Part shown: one piece after another, positions 40,422 to 53,436 of the stretch | Layout of the letters: each line of letters starts with the position of its first letter | Position numbering within the stretch: position 1 is the stretch's first letter | Assembly (NCBI GenBank): GCA_963693365.1 | Contig: CAVNZM010000005.1 | Span: 3,843,716-3,907,715 of the forward strand | Length of the DNA stretch: 64,000 bases | Reading direction: 5' to 3' | Source: Amoebidium appalachense | Lineage: Eukaryota > Protista > Ichthyosporea | Translations under genes and position numbers: made by a program | Notes under the pieces: model-generated | Told to the model about the DNA's origin: nothing | The model's database searches: none | The model's input: the letters and a program-made list of their open reading frames with translations, nothing else

Positions 40422-41211
40422 GGGGGTGATTCACAGCCATCGAACAGAACAGAAAAGATTTTTGCTTCTTTTTGGGGCCGCGCCTGACATGTGTTGGTCG
40501 AATGTTTTCGGTTTTTAGTGAATAAAAAGCAAAATATACGGATATAGAACCAACCAGTTTTATCCTAATATTCAGGGGCTTTTTGGCTATTTTAAAAGGA
40601 AAAGAGGGGATTTAAGTAATCTTTTACTTCAGACTACCGGTCGATATTCAACTCTAAGAAAGTATTTTACAAGAAAAAGTAGCGGAATGGTCGCTATGGG
40701 GTTTCCCGGCCGCGCCGCGCCCATCGTGGAAGTAAAAATTCCTGGAATGCGATTGGCGCCAAAACTTAGATTTCAATAGCCTTCATGTGTATACTCTGTA
40801 GGTAGAGTTGTTGGTTGACTTCAGACTTTTTTATCTTGTAATGACGTCATTTTGTGTGTGGACTAAATTGCCCAACACACATGTACAGCCTGCACAGCTG
40901 TGTGAGGCTCACTCGATCACTGAAATCCAGCCTAACAGGGGAATTTCCGTTGATTTCACTGTGATGATTGCCCAATATTTTTTTCTTATTTTCTACAAAA
41001 ACGTGGATTCCAACACGTATATTCTCTGGCCTATAATAGGGAAGGACGTTTAAGTCCAAATTTCTTTTGTCCTTTGTAGAATCGTTACGTTAGTGACTAA
41101 AAACATCAGGCCCATGTTTACAAGATCTACCCAGTTACATTTTCTGAGTAACAGGCATCTTGGTGTTTAGGGGCCAGAGAAATAGAACGAGAACGAAGAA
41201 AGAAAGTGGGA
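40253..41211. promoter_or_regulatory. Probable bidirectional promoter between the ARM-like gene and the methyltransferase
   Basis: Divergent ATGs about 960 bp apart. GC patch near 40700-40725; overlapping reverse CCAAT (40752-40756) and E2F-like TTTTGGCGCC on the minus strand (40755-40764). Confidence 0.5.
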
Positions 41212-44019
41212 ATGGAGGATGCCGCTCGCTGCTTTAAGTGCTCCGGAAAGGGAGTAGTGCTAAAGAAAAATAGGAAAAGACGTCGTATAGATCCGGAACA
41301 AGAAACCAGCACAACAACCCCCCAAACGGAAAAAGTGCATTAAATACCCACGGAAACTGATGAATTCGTACCTGAAAAAGGGAAGAACGATGTTGTCGAG
41401 GTGCCATGTAGTTGCTGTGGGGGCAAAGGAATCATTATAGCACAGAAGAAAAGCAAGCACAAAGGGAAGGGAGGGATAATCACCCAGCCAAAACGGCCCC
41501 CCGGCTGGCAAGCACCGGGCCCTCAACCCGAAGGTTTGGCTGACGCAGAGATCCAAGACGGAGAGGTAAGGACCGGTGAATTTATGCAATCAGACACAAG
41601 TGCATAAAAACACTCACATGTGCACACGCATACGCACCCACACCCACAAACCCACACACTCTATGGATTTGCAAGTGCACATAAACACTTGCGCACAGAG
41701 TTTGTCCTTAGATGGGAGGTTCTCGCCTTCCCCAATGCCCTCTGGCCTTACTCTACTCCGCTCCCCCTTCAATTTTTTCCCACCCTTCATTGTCCATCTC
41801 TCTGCGGGTCTTTTTATTTCCCCATCAGAACCCCCCCCCCCCCCCCCCCCCCCCCACCCCCCTGCTTCCCCTTCCCCTTCTGCAGACCATAATTCCTTCC
41901 TGTCATCGATAAACGTTTACACATCACACCTCAGTCTTCCTTCTTGCATGATTTGTTGCCGTTTATGCCTGCCTCTCGTCCCGGTTTCGTGGTTAACCTC
42001 TCAAGGCTCCCCTTTCCGTCGGCCCCCTACCCCTCATCCTCGTGCTTACCCCCTCCCCCCCCCCCCCCCCTCCCCCCTCCCCCTTCCCCCTCTCTCCTCC
42101 CCCCCCCCCCCCAAAAAAAAAAAAAAAAAAAAAAGAGCCAGCCCACCACCCCAGCTTTTTTTTCTTTCACAAAGTGTACCTCCTGTCTCTCAAATCACAC
42201 CTGCTCTTCCCTTCCTACCCACGCTTAATCCAATATTGATGCCTGGCATCATTTTACCCCCTCCCCTTCCCTTCTGCCCCCCACTTCCACTGCTGTGCTC
42301 GGATAACCTCCCTCCCCCACTTTCGGCACTCTCGCACACACGCATAAAAATTGAAGTCCCCACACTTCCACACACTTGCCTCTGCAAGTAACGTCGAACA
42401 GTCATTCTGGTGGGCCTCTTACCCTCTTTCTTCTCCCCCCCCCCCCCCCCCCTCCCCCCATGTCATACACTATACACCAGTTCGCAATTGAATTCCAAAA
42501 GTCTTTGGATAACTATATAAGGTTCGTTGGTATGATCTGATTGGTTGTGCGTTACGGTGTACGGTTTACGGTTGAGATTGGGCCAGAGCACTAATCAACA
42601 GCCTAGAAAGGGCAGTTTAAGCAGAAAAGACGGTGCAAGCACTCTAGTTATCACCCGTTGAGTGTGCAAGGAGGGGAAGGGGGGAGGGGAAAAAAAGGGG
42701 GAGGGGGGAGGGATGGAGGGGGGGATGAAGGGAGGGAAGGTAGATCGTGTGTCAGTTCACTGTGTACCTGTTTGACTGATGATTGTGCTTGTGTGTTGTT
42801 TTTTTTTTTTTTTTTTTTTTTTTTTGAGAAAAGTGTGTTTATGTTTGTTTGTGCTTGTGTGAGGGGGGGGGGGGGGGAGGGGGGGGGGGGGGGGAGATGA
42901 AGGTTAGGCACGTTTCTTCACTACGAGATTGGGTGCTGTGCCACATGGTCAATAGGTCGCAGTTGGTGTGTCCAGGTAACAGTGCACAGTTTTCATTTTT
43001 TAGCCCTGTCTGATGCCCCAATATAAATAAAAGTCAAAAAAAAAAAAAAAAAAAGTTTTCTCATCTCGGGGTCTGATTAAATTTCAGGCACTCTGCTACC
43101 TGACTGGTGATTGGCGCATCTTACAGCCAATCGGAGGCCACCGTTACAGCACAGACGACGTGGTGACAGGTAGAGATCCCCCCCTCCCCTCCCCTCCCCT
43201 CCCCCTTCTTTCCCTTTGCTCCCTTCTCTTCCCCCTTCCCCCGCCCCCTCACACACACACACTCACCGCCCCCTCCCGCACGGTTCAGAGGGAACGTGTA
43301 GTCAGGGTCACACAGGGAAGGGGCTGGGACCGGAAAGGCAGAGAGGGGAAGAGGGGAGTGGAGACGAGAGGGGTGTGCCCGTATGCCTGTATGTAAAATG
43401 CTTGGGTCATGTGCCGCCCATTTTTATTTCCCCCCTCCCCCCCCCCCCCCCCCCGGGAAGGTAGGTTTTCACTCCCCCTCCTTCCCATATGCCTGAACTG
43501 AAACGAACGAAGTATCTGTTCAATAGGTGGAGAGAAGGGTAGCCCTCCCCCCCTCCCCCCCCTCCCCCCCCCCCCCCCCCCCCCATCCCCCCTGATGATG
43601 GGCTCTGTTCGAGTGCCTTCTGCCTGCACGCTTAAATTGTTTGATTTTTGATTCCCATTTTTGTGACGTATTGTTGTTGCTCTTTGTTGTCTCCTCCATA
43701 TTTCCAACCCTCTAACGCATACATCAACCCCCCCCCCCCCTCCCCCCCTTTCCCCTTCAATCCTACCTCTTTTTCCAAATCTTCCCCCTCCCTCTGCCCC
43801 TCTCCCCTTGTTTTCCCCTCCTATGGTCTCACTGCCCTTCTCCCCCCCCCTCCCCCCTCCCCCCCCCCCCCCCCCCCCCGCGCACCTCCCTCGGAACCGG
43901 AGAGCGAAGGAGGCAGATATGAAAATGTAGAGGTGGAGAGTAGTGGATGAGAGTACTTGAGGGCATAAACGTGTGGAAGCATAGTGTGAGGAAAGAAGGC
44001 ACAGAAGCATCTCTATTCG

Positions 44020-44055
<36 letters not shown>

Positions 44056-44728
44056 AAAGAAAAAAAAAAAAAGTTCGATAACTAGAAAAGAAAAAGAAAA
44101 TGTAGAAAAAAGAATGTGTGTTTGGAAAGGGGGGAGGGGGGGGGGGAGGTCATATTCCAGCCGTTTCTGATTTTGGCATAGCCTGGTATGCAGGAAAGGA
44201 GATTCGACGCATTTTGATTGGCCGATCGAGCCAGCCGTCATCACCAGGTGTGTGCCGCTCTTGAGTTTAATTGCAGGGACCATAATATTCGCACACTGTA
44301 CGGCATTATTTGCATTCCTTTGTGCATTCCATGCCATACAGCTACATTCCTGACATGCCCTGTTCCAGTGACTCACCTTTGCCCTTGTTATTTTGTGTAC
44401 CAATTCTTCCTTTGGGAGCACCACCCCCCCCCCCCCCCCCCCCTTTGCACTCTGCGTTATGTTGTCCGTGATGAAAGTGTACGTCAGTATTCTATAACAC
44501 ATTATCACCCCCCTTTCTTCTCCCCGCACACCCACCAATCGCTACATCACATTATCATACACATTTAGTGTCTGTGTTCGTCACCTATGGAATCAACCCC
44601 CACACAAGCACCGACCAATCCACCTCCTGATTCATGTCTTAACCGTTTCCTGCTTCCTCCTTGATCCACCACTGTCTACCATATCCCATCTCCGGAATGA
44701 CCTACCAGACATTCTCTTTATCTATCTA

Positions 44729-44808
<80 letters not shown>

Positions 44809-44859
44809 CCCCCCCCTCTCCTCCCCCCCCCCCCCCCCGACCCGCCCCCGCCGCCCGCC

Positions 44860-44890
<31 letters not shown>

Positions 44891-45324
44891 ATGGTCTATA
44901 TCTCTCTCAAACATACACGTCCGCACACGCGCACACACACACATACACACACACACACTCTCTCTCTCTCTCTCTCTCTCTCCCCCCCTCTCCCTCTCCC
45001 TCTCCCCGTCTCCATTCCCCTCTCCCTTTCCCCCCCCTTCCCCCCTCCCTGCTTCCCTCCCTCCCTCCCTCCCTCCCTCCCTCCCTCCCTCCCTCCCTCC
45101 CTCCCTCCCTCCCTCCCCCCTCCCCCCCCCCCCCCCCCCCCCCTTCTCTCTCTCTCTCTCTCTCTCGCTCTCTCTCTCTCTTTCTTTCTCTCTCTCCCTC
45201 TCTCTCTCTCTCTCCCCCCTCCCCTCCCCCCCCCTCCCATCCCCTTCACCCTCTCATCCCCCTCTTTCCCCCCGTCCTCCTCCACATATGCCCTGGAGCA
45301 CTTACACAGACGCGCACGCACGCG

Positions 45325-45361
<37 letters not shown>

Positions 45362-45364
45362 ACA

Positions 45365-45415
<51 letters not shown>

Positions 45416-45692
45416 GCGCGCGCGTACTCACGCACACACACACGCACGTACACACATACACACCTACACACACGTACAGAGCAATTTTCCTTCCGTGGTC
45501 TGGACCTGGGCAGTGGTCTTGGGTCTGTGCTGTTGATGATGCTGTGGCAGTACCCAATGGCATCTTATGTCGGGGTTGAGGCTCAGGGGCTGAGTGTGCA
45601 GCGTGCCAGAAGGTATGCAACCCAGATACATTAACCCACCTTTTTCTCACACACCAAAAACATCTACAAGCGCACCTACCCAAGAGGCAAAG

Positions 45693-45759
<67 letters not shown>

Positions 45760-45782
45760 TTGTTTTTGTTGGTGGTGGTGGG

Positions 45783-45824
<42 letters not shown>

Positions 45825-46788
45825 TGGGGATGAATGGGGAGTGAGGGATAAACTACGTGTCGTTGCATCCGTGTGTCTGTGTGTGGTGGTGGTGGTGGGG
45901 GGGGGGGGGGGGGGGGGGGGGGGAGGCTTGAATAATCACAAGCCCAAGGCGTAAGCTGAAGTACTCATCGGCTACCTCCCCAGATCTGCAAAGGTCAACG
46001 GATGTGATTCTCGCTGTGAATTTCGGTGGGGAGATAATCGAGATATACAAAACCACGTACCGGAGGGACGGATATTTGACGTGCTGACTGGGACCCCCCC
46101 ATATTTTCCCCTTTATGGTGGGCAGAAGGGGTTCAAGGATCATCAGGAGTCGGATGAGGTGAATTCCGTCGAAAATGAAAATTCAGACTCGAAAGCAACA
46201 TCTGACCAATCACATGGTTCCGATTTTGTATCGGAAACGACAGACGAATCAATACCGTCAGAATTTGTGAAACCCAATGAGAATGAAGAATCGCAACAGT
46301 TATCACGTGATGAGGAAAGGGGTGTGCCTGCGCTTCCCGCGGCTATCGATCAGAGACCGTGCAACTGGGAGTATAGAGGCGGTATCGAGGTATATTGCCA
46401 GGCCGCTTGGAAATGTATAAAGCCCGGGGGGATTTTTATCGTGTGCGAAGCGGCGGGACCTGGGTTTGTGGAGAGAGTCGAGGCTGCGGCGGAAAATGCG
46501 GGGGGGTCTGTCGATGAAAATACGGAAAATAGTGAAAATGTGAATACTGAAAGGGGGTTTAAGATTGTGAAGAGATTGGACGTGATTCCTAAGACGGGAT
46601 TGCCACCACTTTTCTCTGTGTATACAATGGTGAGGGGTGATGATGGTGGTGTATTTGCTGAAATTCGGGGTGCAGGTGATGAGAAATGGTGGGTTTATCC
46701 CGTAGAGCAGTTGGTTGTGAGGGATGAGAATGGGAAGCGTACGGAGCACTATGTGGCGATGCTGGGAGATATGGGTATGCCCCCATAG
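41212..46788 (+). CDS. Class I SAM-dependent N6-adenine methyltransferase (TrmN6/YfiC-like) with an N-terminal CxxCxGxG zinc finger; contains an in-frame TAA at 41341-41343
   Basis: Exons 41212-41565, 43088-43169, 44182-44247, 45480-45612, 45984-46788 (TAG), all phase-consistent. Motifs CFKCSGKG and CSCCGGKG, GHRYSTDDVV, motif I LDLGSGLGSV, GVEAQ, and motif IV FDVLTGTPPYF. Confidence 0.8.
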
Positions 46789-47007
46789 CTGGTGCAAGAA
46801 CCCCCCCTAAATTGAAATTTCCCATTAGGGTGCCTGGTGGGATTCTATGCACACTGGATGTGCATATGTCTGAATACCTTAGCTGCCAGTGGTGGCTATG
46901 GCAATAAATGAAGTTTGGGATGATTATGTGTGCATACGTGTGTGTGTGCGTGCGTGTGTCTACGTGTGTGTGTGTGCGTGTGTAACAGTTGGGAGGAAGG
47001 GGGCAGG

Positions 47008-47054
<47 letters not shown>

Positions 47055-47916
47055 AACTATCTGCAATGGACGATTTACTGGGCGACTCAACACATAACAT
47101 GGTGTGCATTTACATGTTATTTACAGACGTTCCGAGTTTTCCGGTTATACTTCTAAAATAGCTTTAACGGAACATGTACACGTGCATGTTGAAAGTCACC
47201 GTGCAGACTGGCACGTATCCAACTAACGGTACCGTTAATCCCTTAGTACGTCACATACACAGAACAAGCATGCTTGCTCTATAAAGTTAACCACTATGTA
47301 TACGTAGAAGTTCCGCAAAAAACATTGTTTTAATGCCAGTTTTCAAAGTGCACACAGTATGTACACGTCCACGTTACTTCGCAACCATTCTTCACTGAAC
47401 TTATATTTTTCCTTCTCACATGCAATGTTTAGCACAAGCGAATGAGTGACTTCGTACTACACATTAATTCCATTTTTTTCAGCCACACTTGGGCTTCAAC
47501 ATAGTATTGTTTTTTTACACAAGGGATGAATCTTACTGACGTTTCCGATCATGTGGCTCAATCGCAAACCCCCCCGCCCCCCCCCCCCCCTCCCCCACCA
47601 CCACCACCTCCCTTCATCTTCCCTTGTGCTTTGTCCCTGCGACTTCGGACATCCTACAAACAACCTTCCAAATGCTTTGTTTGGTTTATTACACTTTTTT
47701 TGGGAAAAACAAATCCCGGATAAACATCTTACGCAGACCAACAAAATCTAAGCATTATAACGTTAACTGTCATAAAAAATTGTAATAAACCAATCGGCAA
47801 ACGATAAAAAAGGGAATCCGGCCCTATACTTTATAGGAACATTGCAATAACTTACAAACTCCACTCATACTATTATAGATACGTTTTTCAACATTTATTG
47901 TTGTGTGGCACTCCAT

Positions 47917-48028
47917 ACTCGTATACAAATATTGAACCCCCCCCCCCCCCCCCCCCCTTATTCCGAAATTTTACTCGTATACAAATATTGAACCCCCCCC
48001 CCCCTCCCCCCTTATTCCGAAATTTTAG
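47917..48028. repeat. Tandem duplication (about 57 bp) immediately downstream of the chitin synthase stop codon
   Basis: actcgtatacaaatattgaa-(C)n-ttattccgaaatttta occurs twice. Confidence 0.85.
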
Positions 48029-48030
48029 AT

Positions 48031-49090
48031 CTACTTGAGATCGACCTCCATCGTAGGAAGCAGCTCATAGTCCTGTAGCCTGGCCCGAACCACCAGCTGC
48101 TCCAACCTATCAATTCGGGCCTGAAGAACCGTATCGTAGATGCTAGCAGGGTCTTTCTCCTTCTCCCAACTGTGCTCTCCCACCGCCTTTGCCGATATTT
48201 GTTCTGCGCGCATGACACGGAAGCAATAGGCGGAAATGAGGGAAAAGAAGAGGGCAAAGGAGAGAAGGATGTAGGCGGGGCCAATGTTGCACTCTCCTGG
48301 GTTGAACGGCGACGAATCGGGACACAGGGGTACTTGATCCTGCGATTTTCGATTGGTTAGACATCGTTTGGAATTGGGAAGGGATTGGATGGGGTGGTGG
48401 ATGTGCATGTATGTGCGTGTGTGTGTGTGCATATGGTGTAGGTGCGCGCGTGCACACGCTCGTATCTGTGGTGGTGGTTAAAGTTTTTTGGGGGGGGGAG
48501 GGGGGAGGGGGGAGGGGGAGGGGGGGGGGGGGGGGGGGGGAAGGGAGAATGGGGGGGGGGGGGGGGAGGGGGGGGAGGAGGGGGAGGGGAGGGGATGGTG
48601 GGCATGGTTTGAAACCAGCGAGATTTTGACCCTCCCTGATACAGATCAACTATAACGTAATATAATTCCGTTTTGTAGTGTGTAGCCTAAGGGTCACGCA
48701 GCAAATACGGAGGAAAGACAACATCCCCTCCCCCCTCCCCCCTCCCCCCTTTCTCCTTCCCCAACACCCCCTTCCCCCTCCCCCTCCCCCCTTTCTCCTT
48801 CCCTCCCTGATACAGATCAACTATAATGTAATATAATTTCGTTTTGTAGTGTGTAGCCTGAGGGTCATGCAGCAAATACGGAGGAAAGACAACACCCCCC
48901 TCCCCCCTCCCCCCTCCCCCCCTCCCCCCCCCTCCCCCCCCCCCCCCCCCCGCCCCCTTCCTCCACGGCCCGCTTTTCCCTAGGAGTTCACACCCAAAGC
49001 ATGCCATAGGCGACCGAGCGTAACAGTCTGTGTCTGATACAATACTACATAGTGTGATGCCTGGACTGGGCAAGACATGGACCACACCTG

Positions 49091-49143
<53 letters not shown>

Positions 49144-49579
49144 CGCCAGCGGCGGGGGGGGGGGGGGGGGGGGGGGGGGGGAGGGGAGGGGGAGGGGAGA
49201 GGGGAGATAGGGGTACCAACCTGAATGTAGTCTTGGTAACCGCCCCACTTCATCAAATTCATGTTGCTGCCCCAACTCAGCGGGAATATAAACACAGAGA
49301 GAAACACAAGAAACGAAGATATGGCCATATATGTCGAACACGTTTCGTCCGCACGTGATTTATCCGTCATGAAAGCGCCGAGAATCACGCTAGCCAATGA
49401 AATACCAGAGAAACAGAAAGAAAGCACCAGAAGGGTCAAGATAACGGACCAAAGTGCTGATGGCCAATCGGTGACGAGTTGTGTTCCGTACGTGCCACAT
49501 GTCTCCCCGCCGGGGAAGACGAGGGTGTTTGCGGTAGTGTAGATGGGCGGTATTTGGTAGCACACGTTGAGGAGACCGT

Positions 49580-49636
<57 letters not shown>

Positions 49637-50160
49637 GTGTGTGTGTGGCGGGGGAGGGGGAGGTGGGGAGGGGCTTGTGTGTGTGTGGGGGGGGGGGAAG
49701 GGGGGGGGGGAGGGGGGGGGAGGGTGTGTGTGGGGGGGGGGGGGGGGGGGGAGGTGGTGGGGGGGGAGGGGGTGGGTGTGGGTGTGGGTGTGTGAGAAAA
49801 AAAGAATGTATAAGCGGCTGTGTTTTTTTGGGTACATAACCGGAAGTGAACAGAGGTAGGGTATGCGCTAGCTGGGTATGTGGAGTGAGAAGACACCAAT
49901 TCGTGCGCGGGTGCATGTGTGTGTGTGTGGGGGGGGGGGGGGGGGGGGGGGGGGGTGCTGTGCGTGTGCATGTGCGTGCGTGTGGAGTTGATAGGGAGTC
50001 AAGATGCTTGTTTCTGGGTTGAGAAGGGGAGAGGCGGGAGGGAGGGGGGAGGGGGGAGGGGAATCAATGGGAATGAGGTGGGATCATACATGGCATCAAG
50101 GGGCCGAAAGGTTTGGGTGAGTTGGGGGGTTGGTTTTTTATTTATTTTTACTTTTTTTTT

Positions 50161-50191
<31 letters not shown>

Positions 50192-51043
50192 GGAGGGGGG
50201 GGGAAGGGGGGGGGGAGGAAGGGGAGGGAGGAGGGAGGAAGGGAGGGAGGGGCGCGGGGGGGGGGGGGGGGGGGGGGGAAGAGGGAAGTTACCATGCATA
50301 GTAGGAAGAGCCCGGAGGGAGGTACGAAAGCACACCCGGGCGAGATAGCCAATCAGACGACGTGAGCGAGTAGCATAGGCATGCGAACGAAGCGAGTGAT
50401 GACAGAACACCAATCAAACGCGAGGCACTCCGACCGAACAAATACCACAGCATCTGTGCGCTGTAGTGTGGGGTGTAGAACAGGAAGTAGAAAAACGAAA
50501 GGAACATTTGAATAATGGAAGGTGCCGAGATAGCCAGCGTGATATACACGAAACTTTGCATATCTTTGACACTTGAAAGGCCCAATCCGATGCAAATGTT
50601 TGCCACGGCGAGGAAATAGTTTATCAGTAGGCCTTTTCTTTTCATTGACACCATAGTTTTTTCTCGGGTTTGAACGCTTACGCTGTCCATTTGATCGGAG
50701 GGCCGATTACCCCACGTCAGATCCCAAGTTCGCGAAAATGAGTAGGCGGCGAACCATGCGACGAAGGTGGGAAGGAAAAACATGAAGGGGAAGAAGGTGG
50801 TGACCATCAGAACGAACGATTCGATGCTGTGAAGAAACGACAAGATGAAGGGCGTGAACATGATCAGAGACACTGTGTGTGATGTGTGTGTGTGTGTGTT
50901 TTTTTTTTTTTGTTGTTTTTTTTTTTGGGGGGGGGGGGGGGGAGGGGAGGGGGGGGGGGAAGAAGGGATTATGGGTGTCGTGGTTTCGTGTGTGGGTGCT
51001 CGTGTGGGATAGGCTGGTGGTGGTTGGTGGTGGTGGGGCTTGT

Positions 51044-51096
<53 letters not shown>

Positions 51097-51681
51097 GGGA
51101 AAGGGGGAGGGGGGGAGGGGAGGGGAGAGGGGAGGCGGCGAGGGAGAGGGGAAGGGGGGAGGTTGGTGATGAAAGTTAGTTCTTAGTTCTGTACTTGTGC
51201 AAGCAAGGCACACCACACCAAGGAAACGAAAGTTTCGAAGCCGATTGTCTTAAATTGGTAGGGAGGAGGAATACATAGGGAAAACTCCGGTAAGAGAGAC
51301 AGATAGAGGTGGTGGGGTGGGGATGTAAAAAGGGAGGGTGGGTGAGGGAGGGGGGGGCGGGGGGAGGGGAGTTGGGATTTGATGTGTGCATGTGTATGTA
51401 TGAACGCTTGTGCCTGGACCCATCGTTTTTGGGAAGTTTGTGAGAGGAATGAGGGGGGGAGCTGAAGGGGGGGGAAGAGGGGGGGGGGGGGGGGGGGAGG
51501 ATGTGGTGGGCATCTGAGAATTAGATATGGAGGAGTTGTAAGGGGGAATGGGGGAATAGGGGGGGGGGGGGGGGGGGGGGAGGGTTTGATAAGAATAGTG
51601 ATTTGACAATAAAGAAACGTAGAGTAAGGGAGTATTATTCACTAAGTCCAGTTGGCGTATAAGGGCCTTTTTTTGTGTGTG

Positions 51682-51737
<56 letters not shown>

Positions 51738-53205
51738 GGGAAGGAGGGAGGGGCGAGGAGTGGGGGCGGGATTACATACCAACCAGCAACACAAGCAGAT
51801 CGCCGTAGATCACCGCAATGATAATCGCTGCAGTGATAAAACACAGCAAGAATGCATTGTAGAACAGCGCCATGAAGTAGAGGAGGGGCACAAACTTGAT
51901 CTGGTTGTGCACGAAGATATACCCGAGATATAAAAGGATGTAACTTACAAGAACCCCCCACTGCACCCATTTTTCAACGTCCGGGCTGAAAATTCGCACG
52001 GCGTGGACGGAATAGTATGACATGGACATGAAGATGGAGGGGGAGAGGGACACCAAAACGAACATGAGCAGCTGAAGGGTGAGGAGGAATGCCGATGCAA
52101 ATTTGAAGTACCTGGGGGGGTTCTATGTCAGATTTTGTCCCAGCGAATTATTGACTTTCGAGACCTGAGTAAGGGACAGTGGTTCCAGTTTATACGTGTC
52201 TGCCTGTGGTTTTTGCTTTTTTGTGGGAGGTGGGGAAAGGGGGGGGGGGGGGGGGGGGGGGGGGGTAAACTGAAAAAGACCTGTTTTTCGCTGGTCAAAA
52301 ACGCGAGAAAAGAAATGAAAGGGGATATTGGGGGGGGGAGGGGGGAGGTAAGGGGGGGGGGGGGGGGGGGGGGGGGGGGTAGGGACTCAAGAGTAGCCGT
52401 TACTGAAAAATAGTTCATGCTTTGACTCCACAGTGAGCAGAGGATAACAGAGCCGATAGCAAAGTCTATGAAATAGGCGGCAACAGCAGGAGTGAATTGA
52501 CGAGAGGGGTGGATTAGAAGAAGGCGGAGGGGAGCAAGGAGGTGGTGGAAAGAGGAGACCAAGTTAGGGGACAAAGTAGATGGGTTGATGGGGGGGAAGT
52601 GGGGTGGGTCGGGAGGGGAGGGGGGGGGGGGGGGGGGGGGTGAGTGTTGGAAAGGGAGAAGCACATACCACGTGTGAGCCGAATCCAGTAGCAGTCCAGG
52701 GTGGGCCAGCACCAGGTAAATATATCCCGCAAAGGACCCGTTTGTCCACCGCCGACGTTGCGCAACAAAACGCGAGGAATCTGTCTCTGCTTCAAAGTAG
52801 AACACAGCGTGGGGAACCCAAACGGTAAATTTACCAGTTTTTAGGGCGGCGGCATAGGAGAGAACACGATCCTCGGCCAAAAGCAGATTCCCGGTAACCA
52901 TTCCCGTATCTTCCGGATTGATGTTGACCGTGTCGAAGTAGTAGTCGAGACAGGGGCCCTGGGAGCCAATGGGATTAGAGAGTTAGTTTCAATCCGAGTG
53001 AGATGATTGGTTCGAAGCATGTTGCTGACACCATGAATGCATATCCACTGGTGCTGGTCGAAGAAGGACGGGGACGGGGGAAGAGGGGGGGGAGGGGGGG
53101 GGGGGGGGGGGGGGGGGGGAGGGGCACAGCAAGCTGAGCAGCAGACCTTGCGGAGGTGGGAATCAAGCCCCCCCCCCCCCCCCCCCTCTCTCTCTCTCTC
53201 TCTCT

Positions 53206-53252
<47 letters not shown>

Positions 53253-53322
53253 TTACAACAACATGGAACTTACAACTATAACCCGGAACCCCCCCCCCCC
53301 CCCCCCTCCCCCCTCCCCCCTT

Positions 53323-53401
<79 letters not shown>

Positions 53402-53402
53402 T

Positions 53403-53436
<34 letters not shown>

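Noticed and set aside
48980-49090. Extra chitin synthase/LHFPL exon after an ACAG
   Set aside because: Exons 49581-49221 and 48339-48031 join directly in phase with a continuous LHFPL pattern; translations of this segment are not family-like.
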